From the NCBI GenBank assembly GCA_964633615.1, contig CAZWHH010000001.1, positions 1 through 32,121 of the forward strand: 32,121 bases of DNA. The letters run 5' to 3'. The DNA is from an uncultured Bacteroidales bacterium. Lineage in GTDB: Bacteria; Bacteroidota; Bacteroidia; Bacteroidales; UBA12077. Below the pieces are notes generated by a model, which ran no database searches, had not been told where the DNA came from, and saw only the letters and a program-made list of their open reading frames with translations. Numbering within the stretch: position 1 is the stretch's first letter; each line of letters starts with the position of its first letter. The position numbers and the translations under genes were made by a program. This document shows, in pieces, positions 1 through 9,209 of the stretch.

Positions 1-30
1 TGATAATCAAACGTTTATAAGACAAAACCC

Positions 31-780
31 ATGTATTATAATTCAAATAATCATTCAATATCCTTTACTGAAACAGATTATTCAAAATTAACCAGGATCA
101 TAAAACACTTAATTCACCAGGTGGATATGCCTCAGTTGGGCTTATATTCAACAATAAACCCTGATGAATTATGGATTAGTCTTATCTTTCAATTTTGCAC
201 TGTCAGTGGAAAGAGAATGACAGAGGACCTTCGGGAGGATGAAAAAAGACTGATTGAATTTGGAGAAAAGCTAAATTTCAGACTCCTTTCTTCAATGAAA
301 AATAACCGGGAAGAATACATTTCTAACGTGTTAAAAAAATATAAAGCCACGAGTTTTTACAACAAGCAGGCTGAAAGAATAGAAGATGTGTTGAACAGCC
401 GAAATGTCATAGATAAAAATCAGTTTATCCTGCTGAATGACATAGATCATAACCGCCAGAACTATGAAGAAATTCGCGGGCTATTAATGACTCGTGTCCC
501 CCATTTTAAAATAAAAAGCGCTTCAGGGTTTATGATTGAAAATGGGTTATCCATTGACATCATTGAAATAAGCACAAGAATCGGGGAAGTATTAAACAGG
601 CATTTTAATTTAAATTTGGATCATCGTAAAATTCAAACCAGCCGTAAAACTTATGAAATCATTGAGAACGCATTGCGGAAAGCTTGCAACAGATTGGGTA
701 TACCTTTGGCCTGTTTAAGCAGAATGTTGTTTTATTACAGTGAAAAAGATACCATCTCCTATATATTAGAAGATTTATAG
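31..780 (+). CDS. hypothetical protein, no family recognised
   Basis: Uninterrupted 249-aa ORF with an ATG at 31, convergent with the large operon. It has only a weak helix-hairpin-helix-like stretch (HFKIKSASGF...ISTRIGEVLNR), which I do not trust as a family assignment. Confidence 0.45.
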   Translation: MYYNSNNHSISFTETDYSKLTRIIKHLIHQVDMPQLGLYSTINPDELWISLIFQFCTVSGKRMTEDLREDEKRLIEFGEKLNFRLLSSMKNNREEYISNVLKKYKATSFYNKQAERIEDVLNSRNVIDKNQFILLNDIDHNRQNYEEIRGLLMTRVPHFKIKSASGFMIENGLSIDIIEISTRIGEVLNRHFNLNLDHRKIQTSRKTYEIIENALRKACNRLGIPLACLSRMLFYYSEKDTISYILEDL

Positions 781-1002
781 GATCTGCTGTTCTATATCTT
801 AAACTCATTCTAACCCGGACTTTGTAATAACTGCTCTCTTTTTATAAAAGATCCCAAAGAATTTCCCCTTTTTTGTTAAGATTCAGGTTGTTCTTTCAGG
901 GTTTACCCGTCAATTACAACTTAACTTTTAAGTTCTTATTCTTGGTTGCTCATAACCTGACAAAACCAAAATAGAAAATTATGTGCTCTTTTAGCTATTT
1001 CT

Positions 1003-2421
1003 CTATGTCCGCACATATTCGTTCCCTGACTTTCCTCCTGCATTTTCGACAATTTTCTGCGAAAGTTGCTGATGCTGTTTTATGAGCGATTTTTCATCGA
1101 TGTGGTCTATTGTCCCGTCACGAACAACAATCTTACCCTCAACAATCACATAATCGAATGGTTCCATGGCTACAGAAAACACCAGAGCAGCGAACGGATC
1201 GTGCAAGGCCCCTGAATATTCAACTCTATCCATAGAGATGAGATTCAGATCTGCTCGTTTCCCTACACTGATTTGTCCGATATCCGAACGATTTAACACA
1301 TCGCTTCCGCCCCGTGTAGCCATGTAAAAAACATCCTCGGCTGTCAGCCATTTTTCCTGTTCGCGAAGTCGTGAAAGAAGCATAGCGTTACGCAGCTCCA
1401 TCAGCATGTTCGAAGAATCATTAGAGGCGGAACCGTCAACACCTAAACTCACTTTTGCTCCTGCCTGCAATAATTCTTTAATTTTTGCAATTCCTGAACC
1501 TAAGCGCATATTGGAGGTAGGACAATGAGTAACACCCATCCCGGCCCTTCCTGCCAATTCCACTTCTTCATCGCTTAAGTGAATTGAATGTGCAAACCAT
1601 GCATTTTCTCTAATCCATCCGAGGGACTGAAGATAAGCGAATGGGCGCATGCCATAATTTTCAATACAGAATTCCTGCTCATCAAGTGTTTCAGCTAAAT
1701 GAGTATGAATCTGCAAATTGTACTCCTTTCCCTTTTCTACCGTTTGCTTCATAAGTTCTGGGGTTACTGAAAAAGGAGAACATGGGCCCAATGCAATGCG
1801 TGTCATTGCACCCGGGGCATCATCATGGTATTTATTGATCAGGCGAACCGTATCTTCTTCAATAGTTTTTTCCGATTGTATGACATCATCGGGAGGCAAT
1901 CCTCCATCCGATTTTCCCAATGACATGGAACCACGCGTAGGTTGAAATCTCATCCCCAACTCCCGGGCTGCTCTAATCTCTGCATCAATCAATTTGCCAG
2001 AGGTAGTTGAAGGGAAAAGGTAGTGGTGATCAGAAGTAGTGGTACAGCCGGATTTTAACAATTCCACCATGGCAAGTTTTGCTGCGGTGTAAACCGCTTC
2101 CTCTGAAATTTCGCGCCAAATCTCATAGTGTGCAATTAACCACTGAAACAAACCCTCATTCTGAACATTGAAAATATTCCGTGTCAGAGTCTGGTAAAAA
2201 TGATGATGCGTGTTAACAAAACCGGGAACAACAACCATCCGGCTGGCATCAATTTCCTCATCGGCATTTCCGTCATAGGGTTCAGGACCGGCAGAGCATA
2301 TAATCCCATCTTCAATATATATATGTCCACCTTTAAAAGCATTCACCATATCATCAGTGCCATATTCACCATCCATACGGGCACAAAGCATCGGGTCCTT
2401 AATTAAAATTGATTTGCTCAT
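1003..2421 (-). CDS. amidohydrolase-superfamily deaminase, 8-oxoguanine deaminase-like (guanine/cytosine deaminase group)
   Basis: 472-aa ORF with an ATG start. The metal-ligand motif VNTHHHFYQTLTR is present, together with GMRFQPTRGSMSLG, GPCSPFSV, IHTHLAE, HCPTSNMRLGSG and LGVDGSASND. These blocks match the pattern I recall for 8-oxoguanine deaminase / isoxanthopterin deaminase-type enzymes. Confidence 0.75.
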   Translation of the reverse strand: MSKSILIKDPMLCARMDGEYGTDDMVNAFKGGHIYIEDGIICSAGPEPYDGNADEEIDASRMVVVPGFVNTHHHFYQTLTRNIFNVQNEGLFQWLIAHYEIWREISEEAVYTAAKLAMVELLKSGCTTTSDHHYLFPSTTSGKLIDAEIRAARELGMRFQPTRGSMSLGKSDGGLPPDDVIQSEKTIEEDTVRLINKYHDDAPGAMTRIALGPCSPFSVTPELMKQTVEKGKEYNLQIHTHLAETLDEQEFCIENYGMRPFAYLQSLGWIRENAWFAHSIHLSDEEVELAGRAGMGVTHCPTSNMRLGSGIAKIKELLQAGAKVSLGVDGSASNDSSNMLMELRNAMLLSRLREQEKWLTAEDVFYMATRGGSDVLNRSDIGQISVGKRADLNLISMDRVEYSGALHDPFAALVFSVAMEPFDYVIVEGKIVVRDGTIDHIDEKSLIKQHQQLSQKIVENAGGKSGNEYVRT

Positions 2422-2455
2422 GATTTTCGGAGTTTAATTCTAATAATTCCTTTGA

Positions 2456-2487
2456 GTTGTCGCAACAACTGCGACGAAAATTCGCAG
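2456..2487 (-). promoter_or_regulatory. overlapping, mutually exclusive hairpins / triple TGCGA-TCGCA half-site element in the leader of the deaminase gene
   Basis: Minus strand: CTGCGA-ATTTTCG-TCGCAG and GTCGCA-GTTGT-TGCGAC share the central TCGCA arm. The element lies 35-66 nt upstream of the ATG at 2421, inside the only large gap (197 nt) of the array. Confidence 0.25.
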
Positions 2488-2618
2488 CAAACGGAACAAA
2501 AAATATACTTCTAATTTATAAACTAAAGTAAAACAAGATCAAGTATTTGAAATCAAACCAAAAATAATTGACATTTGGCCCGATTCATTTCTAAGATAAT
2601 TATATCCAAATCCGCAAA

Positions 2619-4103
2619 TTACTTCATCAAAGCATTGAATTCATTGATTACTTTATCGATTTCAGGAACCATCTTATGAATTTCCGCCCAGTAATCCCGG
2701 TAATTATACCATTGATCATTCAAGTCTTTCAACTCACGTCCCTGTTGTTCAATCCATGTATAATACTTCAGGTTATGAACCCGCTTCCTTTCGTAGTGAG
2801 TTAATTCCAGCGTATGATCAATGCCCAGGTTCATTAGATGATCGTAATCTTTTGCAGCTTCTTCACGCTTATAAGAACCATGTGCCTCGTGCATCTCCTC
2901 CATACGGGAATCATATAATTCCATAGAATCCGTAAAAACAGTCAACACCACATCTTCCTTAGTAAGCTCGTAGTATTTTGCGTATTTTATTGCCGACAGC
3001 ACATTTCCTATGGAAGAAATGCCCATTAAATCAAGCTGATCAATCAGTTTTTGATCAATACCTTGTTCAGCCAGGTATTCTCTGCCCTTTTCCTCGTTAA
3101 ATAAACGGGTTGTGCGCATAGTTGATTCATCGTCGACAGCTACTACCATATCCGTATTTCTGACGTTGTGGATCCAGGGTACGTGCTTGTCGCCAATACC
3201 TTCAATACGATGTCCGCCAAATCCATTTTGCAGTAAAGTTGGGCATTGCAATGCCTCTCCCACGGCAATTTTTGAACCCGGATATTGTTCTTTCAGGAAA
3301 TCTCCCGAGCCAAGTGTTCCGGCAGAACCTGAGGTTAGCACCACCCCTGAATAGTTATCCCGTGCTCCCATCTCTTTTTCCAGCACTTCCTTCATTGCAT
3401 TACCGGTGACATCATAATGCCATAAATGATTGCCAAACTCATCAAACTGGTTAAATATCATCACGTCATCACGCGTTTTTCGTAACTCCCAGCATTTGTC
3501 AAAAATTTCTTTTACGTTACTCTCACAACCGGGTGTGGCAATTACTTCACCTGCCACTTTTTTCAGCCAGTCGAAACGCTCTTTTGACATTCCTTCCGGA
3601 AGAATAGCGATTGATTCGCAGGCAAGCAAGGCTGCATCGTAAGCTCCTCCGCGACAATAATTGCCGGTGGAAGGCCAAACTGCTTTATGTTGCTTAGGGT
3701 TAAACTGCCCGGTGATCAAACGGGGAGCGAGACATCCAAAAGTAGCCCCAACTTTGTGGGCCCCGGTGGGGAACCACTTCCCCACAAGAGCTATAATTCG
3801 CGCATCCACTCCTGTAATTTCAGGTGGAAGCTCAATGTAATTTACTCCCGAATAGCCTCCTCCACTTTGGACAGGCTCATTTTTCCATGTTATTCTGAAT
3901 AAATTACGTGGATGAATATCCCACAGACCAATTCCTTCCAACTCTTTTTTGATACCATCAGGAATAAGTGAAGGATTTTTCATCTGCTCAAATGTGGGGA
4001 TAATAATATCACGTTCCTTACAAATTTCCGCATTATTCTTCTGTTGTGCTTTATCTACTTTTAAATCAATCATATCTTTCTTTGTTTTAATATATGTTAT
4101 CAA
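2619..4103 (-). CDS. fold-type II PLP-dependent enzyme (TrpB/CysK superfamily, long form; possibly OrtB-like lyase/thiolase)
   Basis: 494-aa ORF with FPTGAHKVGATFG (candidate PLP-lysine motif), a glycine-rich loop LTSGSAGTLGSG, and a roughly 130-aa helical C-terminal extension. The ORF-track start at 4103 is TTG and overlaps the upstream stop (TTGA). The first ATG is at 4073. Confidence 0.65.
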   Translation of the reverse strand: MITYIKTKKDMIDLKVDKAQQKNNAEICKERDIIIPTFEQMKNPSLIPDGIKKELEGIGLWDIHPRNLFRITWKNEPVQSGGGYSGVNYIELPPEITGVDARIIALVGKWFPTGAHKVGATFGCLAPRLITGQFNPKQHKAVWPSTGNYCRGGAYDAALLACESIAILPEGMSKERFDWLKKVAGEVIATPGCESNVKEIFDKCWELRKTRDDVMIFNQFDEFGNHLWHYDVTGNAMKEVLEKEMGARDNYSGVVLTSGSAGTLGSGDFLKEQYPGSKIAVGEALQCPTLLQNGFGGHRIEGIGDKHVPWIHNVRNTDMVVAVDDESTMRTTRLFNEEKGREYLAEQGIDQKLIDQLDLMGISSIGNVLSAIKYAKYYELTKEDVVLTVFTDSMELYDSRMEEMHEAHGSYKREEAAKDYDHLMNLGIDHTLELTHYERKRVHNLKYYTWIEQQGRELKDLNDQWYNYRDYWAEIHKMVPEIDKVINEFNALMK

Positions 4104-4930
4104 CCTCTTTTAGGGTTCTTATTCTTTTTATCTTTTAAATGAATTGCCTCTTTTTGATAGCGTATTGTCTGTATCTCAGCGGCAATAGACAATGCAATTT
4201 CCCATGGATTATCGGTACCGCCAATATCCAAACCCACGGGACAGTATACGTTCGACAGATCAGGATTTTCTTCCACTTCTTCATTCAGGCTTTCGATCAA
4301 TTCTGCACGCGTATTTGTTGAAGCGACAATGCCTATATAAGGAGTCTGAATGTTCAACTTAAAAATCTTATTCAAAATGGTGCTGTCGTGTTTATGTTGA
4401 TAGGTAGCAAGCAAGAAATAAGGATGCTTTCTAAAATGGGTTTCATCCAAATAACGGTCAAAATTGGCATGAATCTTTTCCCCTTCCTGTGCGAGCGCAT
4501 TAATCATCTCCTGGCGGTCATCAATTATTGTTACGCTTAAATCCAGTTTACCAAGCAACTCAAAGAGCGCTTTGCCGATATGTCCGGCGCCGAAGATGTA
4601 AACCTTTTTCTGTTGTATAAGTGCCTCAAAAAACAAAGTTGCCTTTCCGCCGCAAGCCATACCGGTACTTCTCCCCTCTCCTTTTTCCTTCGACAAATTA
4701 AATTGTTCAAGTGCATTTTCCCCGGATTGCATCACCTCTTTGGCTTTTCTCTCAGCAAGATATTCGAGATTACCTCCTCCTACGGTTCCTTTAGATGATC
4801 CATCCTCATAGACAAGCATTTTATTCCCTGCCAAAGCAGGACCTTCTCCCTCTTTTTTCACAACAGTTATCAGAACCCCATCCTGTCCGCTGCGCCGCAA
4901 TTCCCATACTTCTTTATAAATATCTTCCAT
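4100..4930 (-). CDS. XdhC/CoxI-family molybdenum hydroxylase maturation chaperone
   Basis: 276 aa. The N-terminal block VLITVVKKEGEGPALAGNKMLV...GTVGGGNLE and the Rossmann-like VYIFGAGHIGKALFELLGKLDLSVTIIDDR are typical of the XdhC_CoxI plus XdhC_C architecture. The gene lies within a Mo-hydroxylase operon. Confidence 0.8.
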   Translation of the reverse strand: MEDIYKEVWELRRSGQDGVLITVVKKEGEGPALAGNKMLVYEDGSSKGTVGGGNLEYLAERKAKEVMQSGENALEQFNLSKEKGEGRSTGMACGGKATLFFEALIQQKKVYIFGAGHIGKALFELLGKLDLSVTIIDDRQEMINALAQEGEKIHANFDRYLDETHFRKHPYFLLATYQHKHDSTILNKIFKLNIQTPYIGIVASTNTRAELIESLNEEVEENPDLSNVYCPVGLDIGGTDNPWEIALSIAAEIQTIRYQKEAIHLKDKKNKNPKRG

Positions 4931-4934
4931 ATTT

Positions 4935-5705
4935 CTATCTTGTCATATTATTCAAATAATTCTCTCTTTTCAGTACTTCTGAATTCGTTTTATCATCAGC
5001 CAGCCAGGTAACAAACTCTTTGCCTTTGAGATGTTTTACGGGAACAGCTTCCATTATATGCCGTTTTAAAAGCTCATAATCCTTTACAAGCGTTCCGCAA
5101 ACCGCATCAATTCCATACTCAAACAGAGCAGGAGATAGCGGAGTGGAAGGCCCCATCACAATCTTATAAGCATCATTGCGTACATATTGCATAATTTCCC
5201 AAAATGTATGATTTATCAGGGATGTTCCTGTTATCACAGCTACATCAGCTTCCGGCATATAATTTTTGATATCATTCTCTTTAAGATCCCCATCCGACGG
5301 GGACTTTTCAAAAATAAACAGTTCCCCTACTCCTTCCATATTTTCCAGAAAAGGGAAATGGCCAACCACACCCACGGTTTTATCTTTTCCCTTTTCATAG
5401 ATAAGATTTTGAGCCTTAAGCTTTTTATAAGGACGATCATAAACAGACATCCACGCATTAATCGCCGCCATGCCAATGGAGGCCTTCAAAGTATACTCCG
5501 AATAAATAAATTCCGCCAGTTCACGCAAAGACAGGTTCCTGAAATTTCCTGCTCCTGTAATATATTCGTGCGGATTGTTTCCTTTCAAAGTACTTGCAAT
5601 ACCTTCCGCTTCGCCTGCTTTCACTAATGTGGAAAAAGCGCCTACAACGACTTCATCGACAGCAATTTCCGGTATATTTTCTGTAAATTTATCTAAAATG
5701 TGCAT
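4935..5705 (-). CDS. DUF364/DUF4213-like protein (Rossmann-like, putative metal-chelation domain family)
   Basis: The ORF-track start at 5726 is TTG. The ATG at 5705 gives MHILDKF...VDEVVVGAFSTLV, a typical N-terminus for this family. VGVVGHFPF and AVITGTSLINHT motifs are present. The gene is 4 nt upstream of the XdhC-type gene. Confidence 0.6.
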   Translation of the reverse strand: MHILDKFTENIPEIAVDEVVVGAFSTLVKAGEAEGIASTLKGNNPHEYITGAGNFRNLSLRELAEFIYSEYTLKASIGMAAINAWMSVYDRPYKKLKAQNLIYEKGKDKTVGVVGHFPFLENMEGVGELFIFEKSPSDGDLKENDIKNYMPEADVAVITGTSLINHTFWEIMQYVRNDAYKIVMGPSTPLSPALFEYGIDAVCGTLVKDYELLKRHIMEAVPVKHLKGKEFVTWLADDKTNSEVLKRENYLNNMTR

Positions 5706-5793
5706 AAATAAAATACTATAAATCAATTCTTTTAATTTTTTTCCTCTTTTACGACCGGTAAATAAGTTTCTTAAATCTACTTGTTTATTATTC

Positions 5794-6657
5794 CTATTCT
5801 AATTGTTTGTTCTTTAAAATTTTATCTTCAATGAAAGCCTGTATCAAATCCAGGCTTACTGCCTTCCTGTATTCTTTCGAAGAGCGGGCATCGTCAATTG
5901 GCTGAATGTACTTTTCGTAACCCTTACGGATTTCCGGAAATGCCTCTTTAATCTCCTTACCATCCAAATCTTTCAGTCGGTTTTCTATATCTTTCTGCCG
6001 GACGATTTTGGGAGCTACAGCGCCTAATGCTATGCGAATGTCACTAAGTTTGCCCTCACTAAATGAAGCCAAGCCAGCAAAAGAAATCTTGGATAAAGCC
6101 ATCGCTTTGCGAGTTCCGACTTTCCTGTAATATTCGACATCAAAATTTTCCACAGGAATGCGGACTTCAACCAGCAACTCATCAGATTTCCTACAAGTCT
6201 GCCCGGGCCCGGTTATAAAATCCTCAATTGGCATTTCTCTTACATTTTCAGCACTCTGCAATACAATTGACGCATTGACTGCATATAAAAACGGAAGTGT
6301 ATCAGCGGCGGGTGATGCATTGCTAATGTTACCGCCAATCGTTGCGACATTGCGGGTGGTTACAGCTGCCATCTGCCGGGCTGTCTCACTGAGCACATTG
6401 GGAATTCTATTCTCTTTAATTAAATCCCTCAGCAAAACACCAGAGCCGATTATAAGCTGCCCTGAATTGATCTCAAGACGTTTCAACCGGTCAATTTTAT
6501 CTAGAAAAAGCAAAGGCTCTTCAAATCGTGGCGAAATTCCACCTTCTCTCCTGTGCTGTACCATTAAATCGGTTCCTCCGGCTATGGGAATAACCTTATT
6601 GGCTGTCATAATCTCCAATGCTTCTTCCAATGTTTGTGGAATAAAACCTTCGCTCAT
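5794..6657 (-). CDS. molybdenum hydroxylase FAD-binding subunit (CoxM/XdhB-type), set 1
   Basis: 287 aa with IPIAGGTDLMV and ATIGGNISNASPAADT motifs of the FAD_binding_5 / CO-dehydrogenase flavoprotein family. Its ATG overlaps the stop of the 2Fe-2S gene (ATGA at 6654-6657). Confidence 0.85.
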   Translation of the reverse strand: MSEGFIPQTLEEALEIMTANKVIPIAGGTDLMVQHRREGGISPRFEEPLLFLDKIDRLKRLEINSGQLIIGSGVLLRDLIKENRIPNVLSETARQMAAVTTRNVATIGGNISNASPAADTLPFLYAVNASIVLQSAENVREMPIEDFITGPGQTCRKSDELLVEVRIPVENFDVEYYRKVGTRKAMALSKISFAGLASFSEGKLSDIRIALGAVAPKIVRQKDIENRLKDLDGKEIKEAFPEIRKGYEKYIQPIDDARSSKEYRKAVSLDLIQAFIEDKILKNKQLE

Positions 6658-7121
6658 TTTTCCTCCCGCTTTTGAACCGCCGTATTGATTCCTTCAATTA
6701 TCATGTTATAACCTGTACAACGACAAAGATTACCTGAAATAGCATTCCTGATATCTTCCATGGTCGGGTTTGTCTTTTCTCGTAACAAAGCTTCTGCAGA
6801 AATAACCATACCCGGAGTACAAAAGCCACATTGCACAGCACCGGATTTTTTAAAAGCTTCCTGTATGATTTTAAAATTTTCTGTTTCACGAATTCCTTCT
6901 AATGTTTCTACAGAATGTCCGTCCACATTACCTGCAGGCAAAATGCAAGATGTAACCACCTTTCCGTCAACTAAAACAGCGCAAGCACCACATTCTCCTT
7001 CACCACACCCTTCTTTTAAACTTCTCAGGCCAAACTCATCTCTCAAAACATCTAATAATCGATGTTCCGGTGGCACATCCACTTTTACAGCCTTGTTATT
7101 TAATGTAAATTCAATCCTCAT
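6654..7121 (-). CDS. molybdenum hydroxylase [2Fe-2S] subunit, set 1
   Basis: 155 aa with CGEGECGACAVLVDGKVVTSC (plant-type 2Fe-2S) and QCGFCTPGMV...CRCTGY (second 2Fe-2S). It overlaps both neighbouring genes. Confidence 0.9.
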   Translation of the reverse strand: MRIEFTLNNKAVKVDVPPEHRLLDVLRDEFGLRSLKEGCGEGECGACAVLVDGKVVTSCILPAGNVDGHSVETLEGIRETENFKIIQEAFKKSGAVQCGFCTPGMVISAEALLREKTNPTMEDIRNAISGNLCRCTGYNMIIEGINTAVQKREEK

Positions 7122-9204
7122 TTTTTCTGGCTTTTAAATATTCAGGTGTCATAGATATCCGACCGATTCTTATTCCGAGCGCTTGCTCTGCAGCTTCTGC
7201 CAGAGCAGGTGCCACACCGCTTAAAGGCAATTCTCCGGCACATTTAGCTCCGAAAGGTCCGAATTCGTATGGATTCTCTACAAAATCACATTCAATTTCG
7301 GGTACATCAACAGAAGTGGGAATAGTATAATCCGTAAGATTAAGCTGATCAAGTTTGCCCTTCCCGTGAGTCAATTTTTCAAGATAGGCATACCCAAGCC
7401 CCTGTATCATACCGCCATGTATCTGCCCCTTTATAATATCTTCGTCCAAGGCAACTCCAATATCGTATACAGCCCATAGTTTTTCCACTTTGAGCTCACA
7501 TGTAACCGGATCAACTTCCACTTCTGCCACATTAGCTCCCCATGAATAAACAGGATAAGCATCGCCCTGAAATTTGTCATTATCCCAGCTCACATAATCA
7601 GGATGTTTATATACCTCTTTCACTTCTGTTTTTTCCTCGGTCCATTTTTCCAACAATCTATTGCAGGCTTTTTTGACAAGCCCCCCGATAATCATAGCTG
7701 TTCGTGAAGCGGCAGTAGGGCCTGAGTCAGGAACCTTATCCGTATCCTGTGTAACAAATTCTACATCAGCCTCAGGTATAGAAAGGCTGTAAGCCACAAT
7801 TTTTATAAGGGTAGTTGATGCTCCCTGGCCCATTTCAACATTAGAAGTTAAAATACTTACTTTATTCCCTTTCTTCCTCAAATAGACTTCTGCGCTTATA
7901 TTCACTTCGCCTTTCCCTGTAAAACCACAACCATGAAGGAAAAAGGAAATACCTACCCCTTTATTTTTCCCTGGATTAAGTTTCTTCTTTTCATATCCGG
8001 ACATTGTATTAATTTTATCAAGGACTTCCCGAATTTTAACATCCGACCACATCTTTCCTCCTGTAGAAGTAGCATCTCCTTTTTTCAGAAAATAGCGCTT
8101 TTTAAATTTCAGTGAGGAGTACCCGGTTTCAGAAGCCATACGGTTCATAAGCTGTTCGATTCCAAAAAGAACCTGTGGAGATCCGAACCCCCGAAAAGCG
8201 CCGGAAGGAACTGTATTAGTCTTTACAACTCTTCCTCTCACTTGCAGATTTGGAAAAGCATAAACTCCTGTAGCCGTAAAAATGCCCCGTTGGAGCACTA
8301 CAGGGGAAATCGTAGCATAAGCTCCACCATCAAACGAAACATCGATGTCGAGGGCAGTAATTTCATCTTTTTCATTTAAAGCTACACGGTATTTCAGTAT
8401 GGATGGATGTCGCTTAGTTGTGGCTTCAATATCTTCCTTTCTGTCAAGAATAAGCCTGACGGTTTTATTGGTTTTCAACGCAGCCGTAGCTGCCTGTGCA
8501 GCCAACAGGGAAGGATACTCCTCTTTTCCGCCAAATGCCCCACCGGTAACTGTTTGAATGATTTGAATTTTGTCTTTAGGAAATCCTGTAGCTTCAATTA
8601 TTGCATTTTTAACGAAATAGGGACATTGAACAGACCCATAAATGATAATTCTTCCATTGTGATATTGAGCAATCACCCCATTGGTTTCCAGATAAAGATG
8701 TTCCGGACGGCCTGTGCGAAATTCGTCGGTGATAATCTTTGACGCATTAGCAAAAGCTTCATCAGGATCTCCTTTCGAATAATCATACTCCACATGGTGC
8801 TCCTTTTTTTCTTCTGCTTCTTCAATGCTTGTAATTGGCGATAATTCCCGGTAATCAATTTCTACCTGTGAAGCCAGCTCGGCTGTTTTTTCTTTGGAAG
8901 GACCAGTAATAAGCAATATAGGCTGACCAATGTAATGCACTTCATCTTCAGCAAAAACAGGATGATCGCATACCACTGTCTGCATCCTGTTGTTTCCCTG
9001 AATATCATTTTTATCGATTACTTCGTAAGCCGCTGGTAGTACAGGCAGATGTATGGCTTCTATTTTTGCATGAGCCTTGCTGCTACGGACGGTTCTGGCA
9101 TGCACATAGTTTCCCGGGTTCATATCTGCTATATATTCCGCCCTCCCTGAAATCTTTTGTTCCGCATCCAACCTTGGTATGGAAGCACTTATTGATTTAT
9201 CCAT
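7111..9204 (-). CDS. molybdopterin-binding large subunit of a xanthine dehydrogenase-family hydroxylase, set 1
   Basis: 697 aa with GGAFGGKEE, GAFRGFGSPQ and the C-terminal FGAKCAGELPL (catalytic Glu motif). These are the signatures I associate with bona fide xanthine dehydrogenases. Confidence 0.85.
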   Translation of the reverse strand: MDKSISASIPRLDAEQKISGRAEYIADMNPGNYVHARTVRSSKAHAKIEAIHLPVLPAAYEVIDKNDIQGNNRMQTVVCDHPVFAEDEVHYIGQPILLITGPSKEKTAELASQVEIDYRELSPITSIEEAEEKKEHHVEYDYSKGDPDEAFANASKIITDEFRTGRPEHLYLETNGVIAQYHNGRIIIYGSVQCPYFVKNAIIEATGFPKDKIQIIQTVTGGAFGGKEEYPSLLAAQAATAALKTNKTVRLILDRKEDIEATTKRHPSILKYRVALNEKDEITALDIDVSFDGGAYATISPVVLQRGIFTATGVYAFPNLQVRGRVVKTNTVPSGAFRGFGSPQVLFGIEQLMNRMASETGYSSLKFKKRYFLKKGDATSTGGKMWSDVKIREVLDKINTMSGYEKKKLNPGKNKGVGISFFLHGCGFTGKGEVNISAEVYLRKKGNKVSILTSNVEMGQGASTTLIKIVAYSLSIPEADVEFVTQDTDKVPDSGPTAASRTAMIIGGLVKKACNRLLEKWTEEKTEVKEVYKHPDYVSWDNDKFQGDAYPVYSWGANVAEVEVDPVTCELKVEKLWAVYDIGVALDEDIIKGQIHGGMIQGLGYAYLEKLTHGKGKLDQLNLTDYTIPTSVDVPEIECDFVENPYEFGPFGAKCAGELPLSGVAPALAEAAEQALGIRIGRISMTPEYLKARKNED

Positions 9205-9209
9205 CTTTA

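Noticed and set aside
31-780. Possible helix-hairpin-helix DNA glycosylase (Ogg/EndoIII-like) next to an 8-oxoguanine-deaminase-like gene, which would make a tempting 8-oxoG salvage link.
   Set aside because: The similarity is limited to one short stretch. The position expected to hold the catalytic Asp after the hairpin reads EIST rather than a D-containing motif. The genes are convergent, not co-transcribed. This is too weak to claim without an HMM or structure search.
918-934. Hairpin AACTTAA-CTT-TTAAGTT in the convergent gap between ORF 31-780 and the deaminase gene, considered as a bidirectional terminator.
   Set aside because: The stem is all A/T apart from one C-G pair, and there is no flanking U-tract on the minus-strand transcript. 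It is not convincing as an intrinsic terminator.
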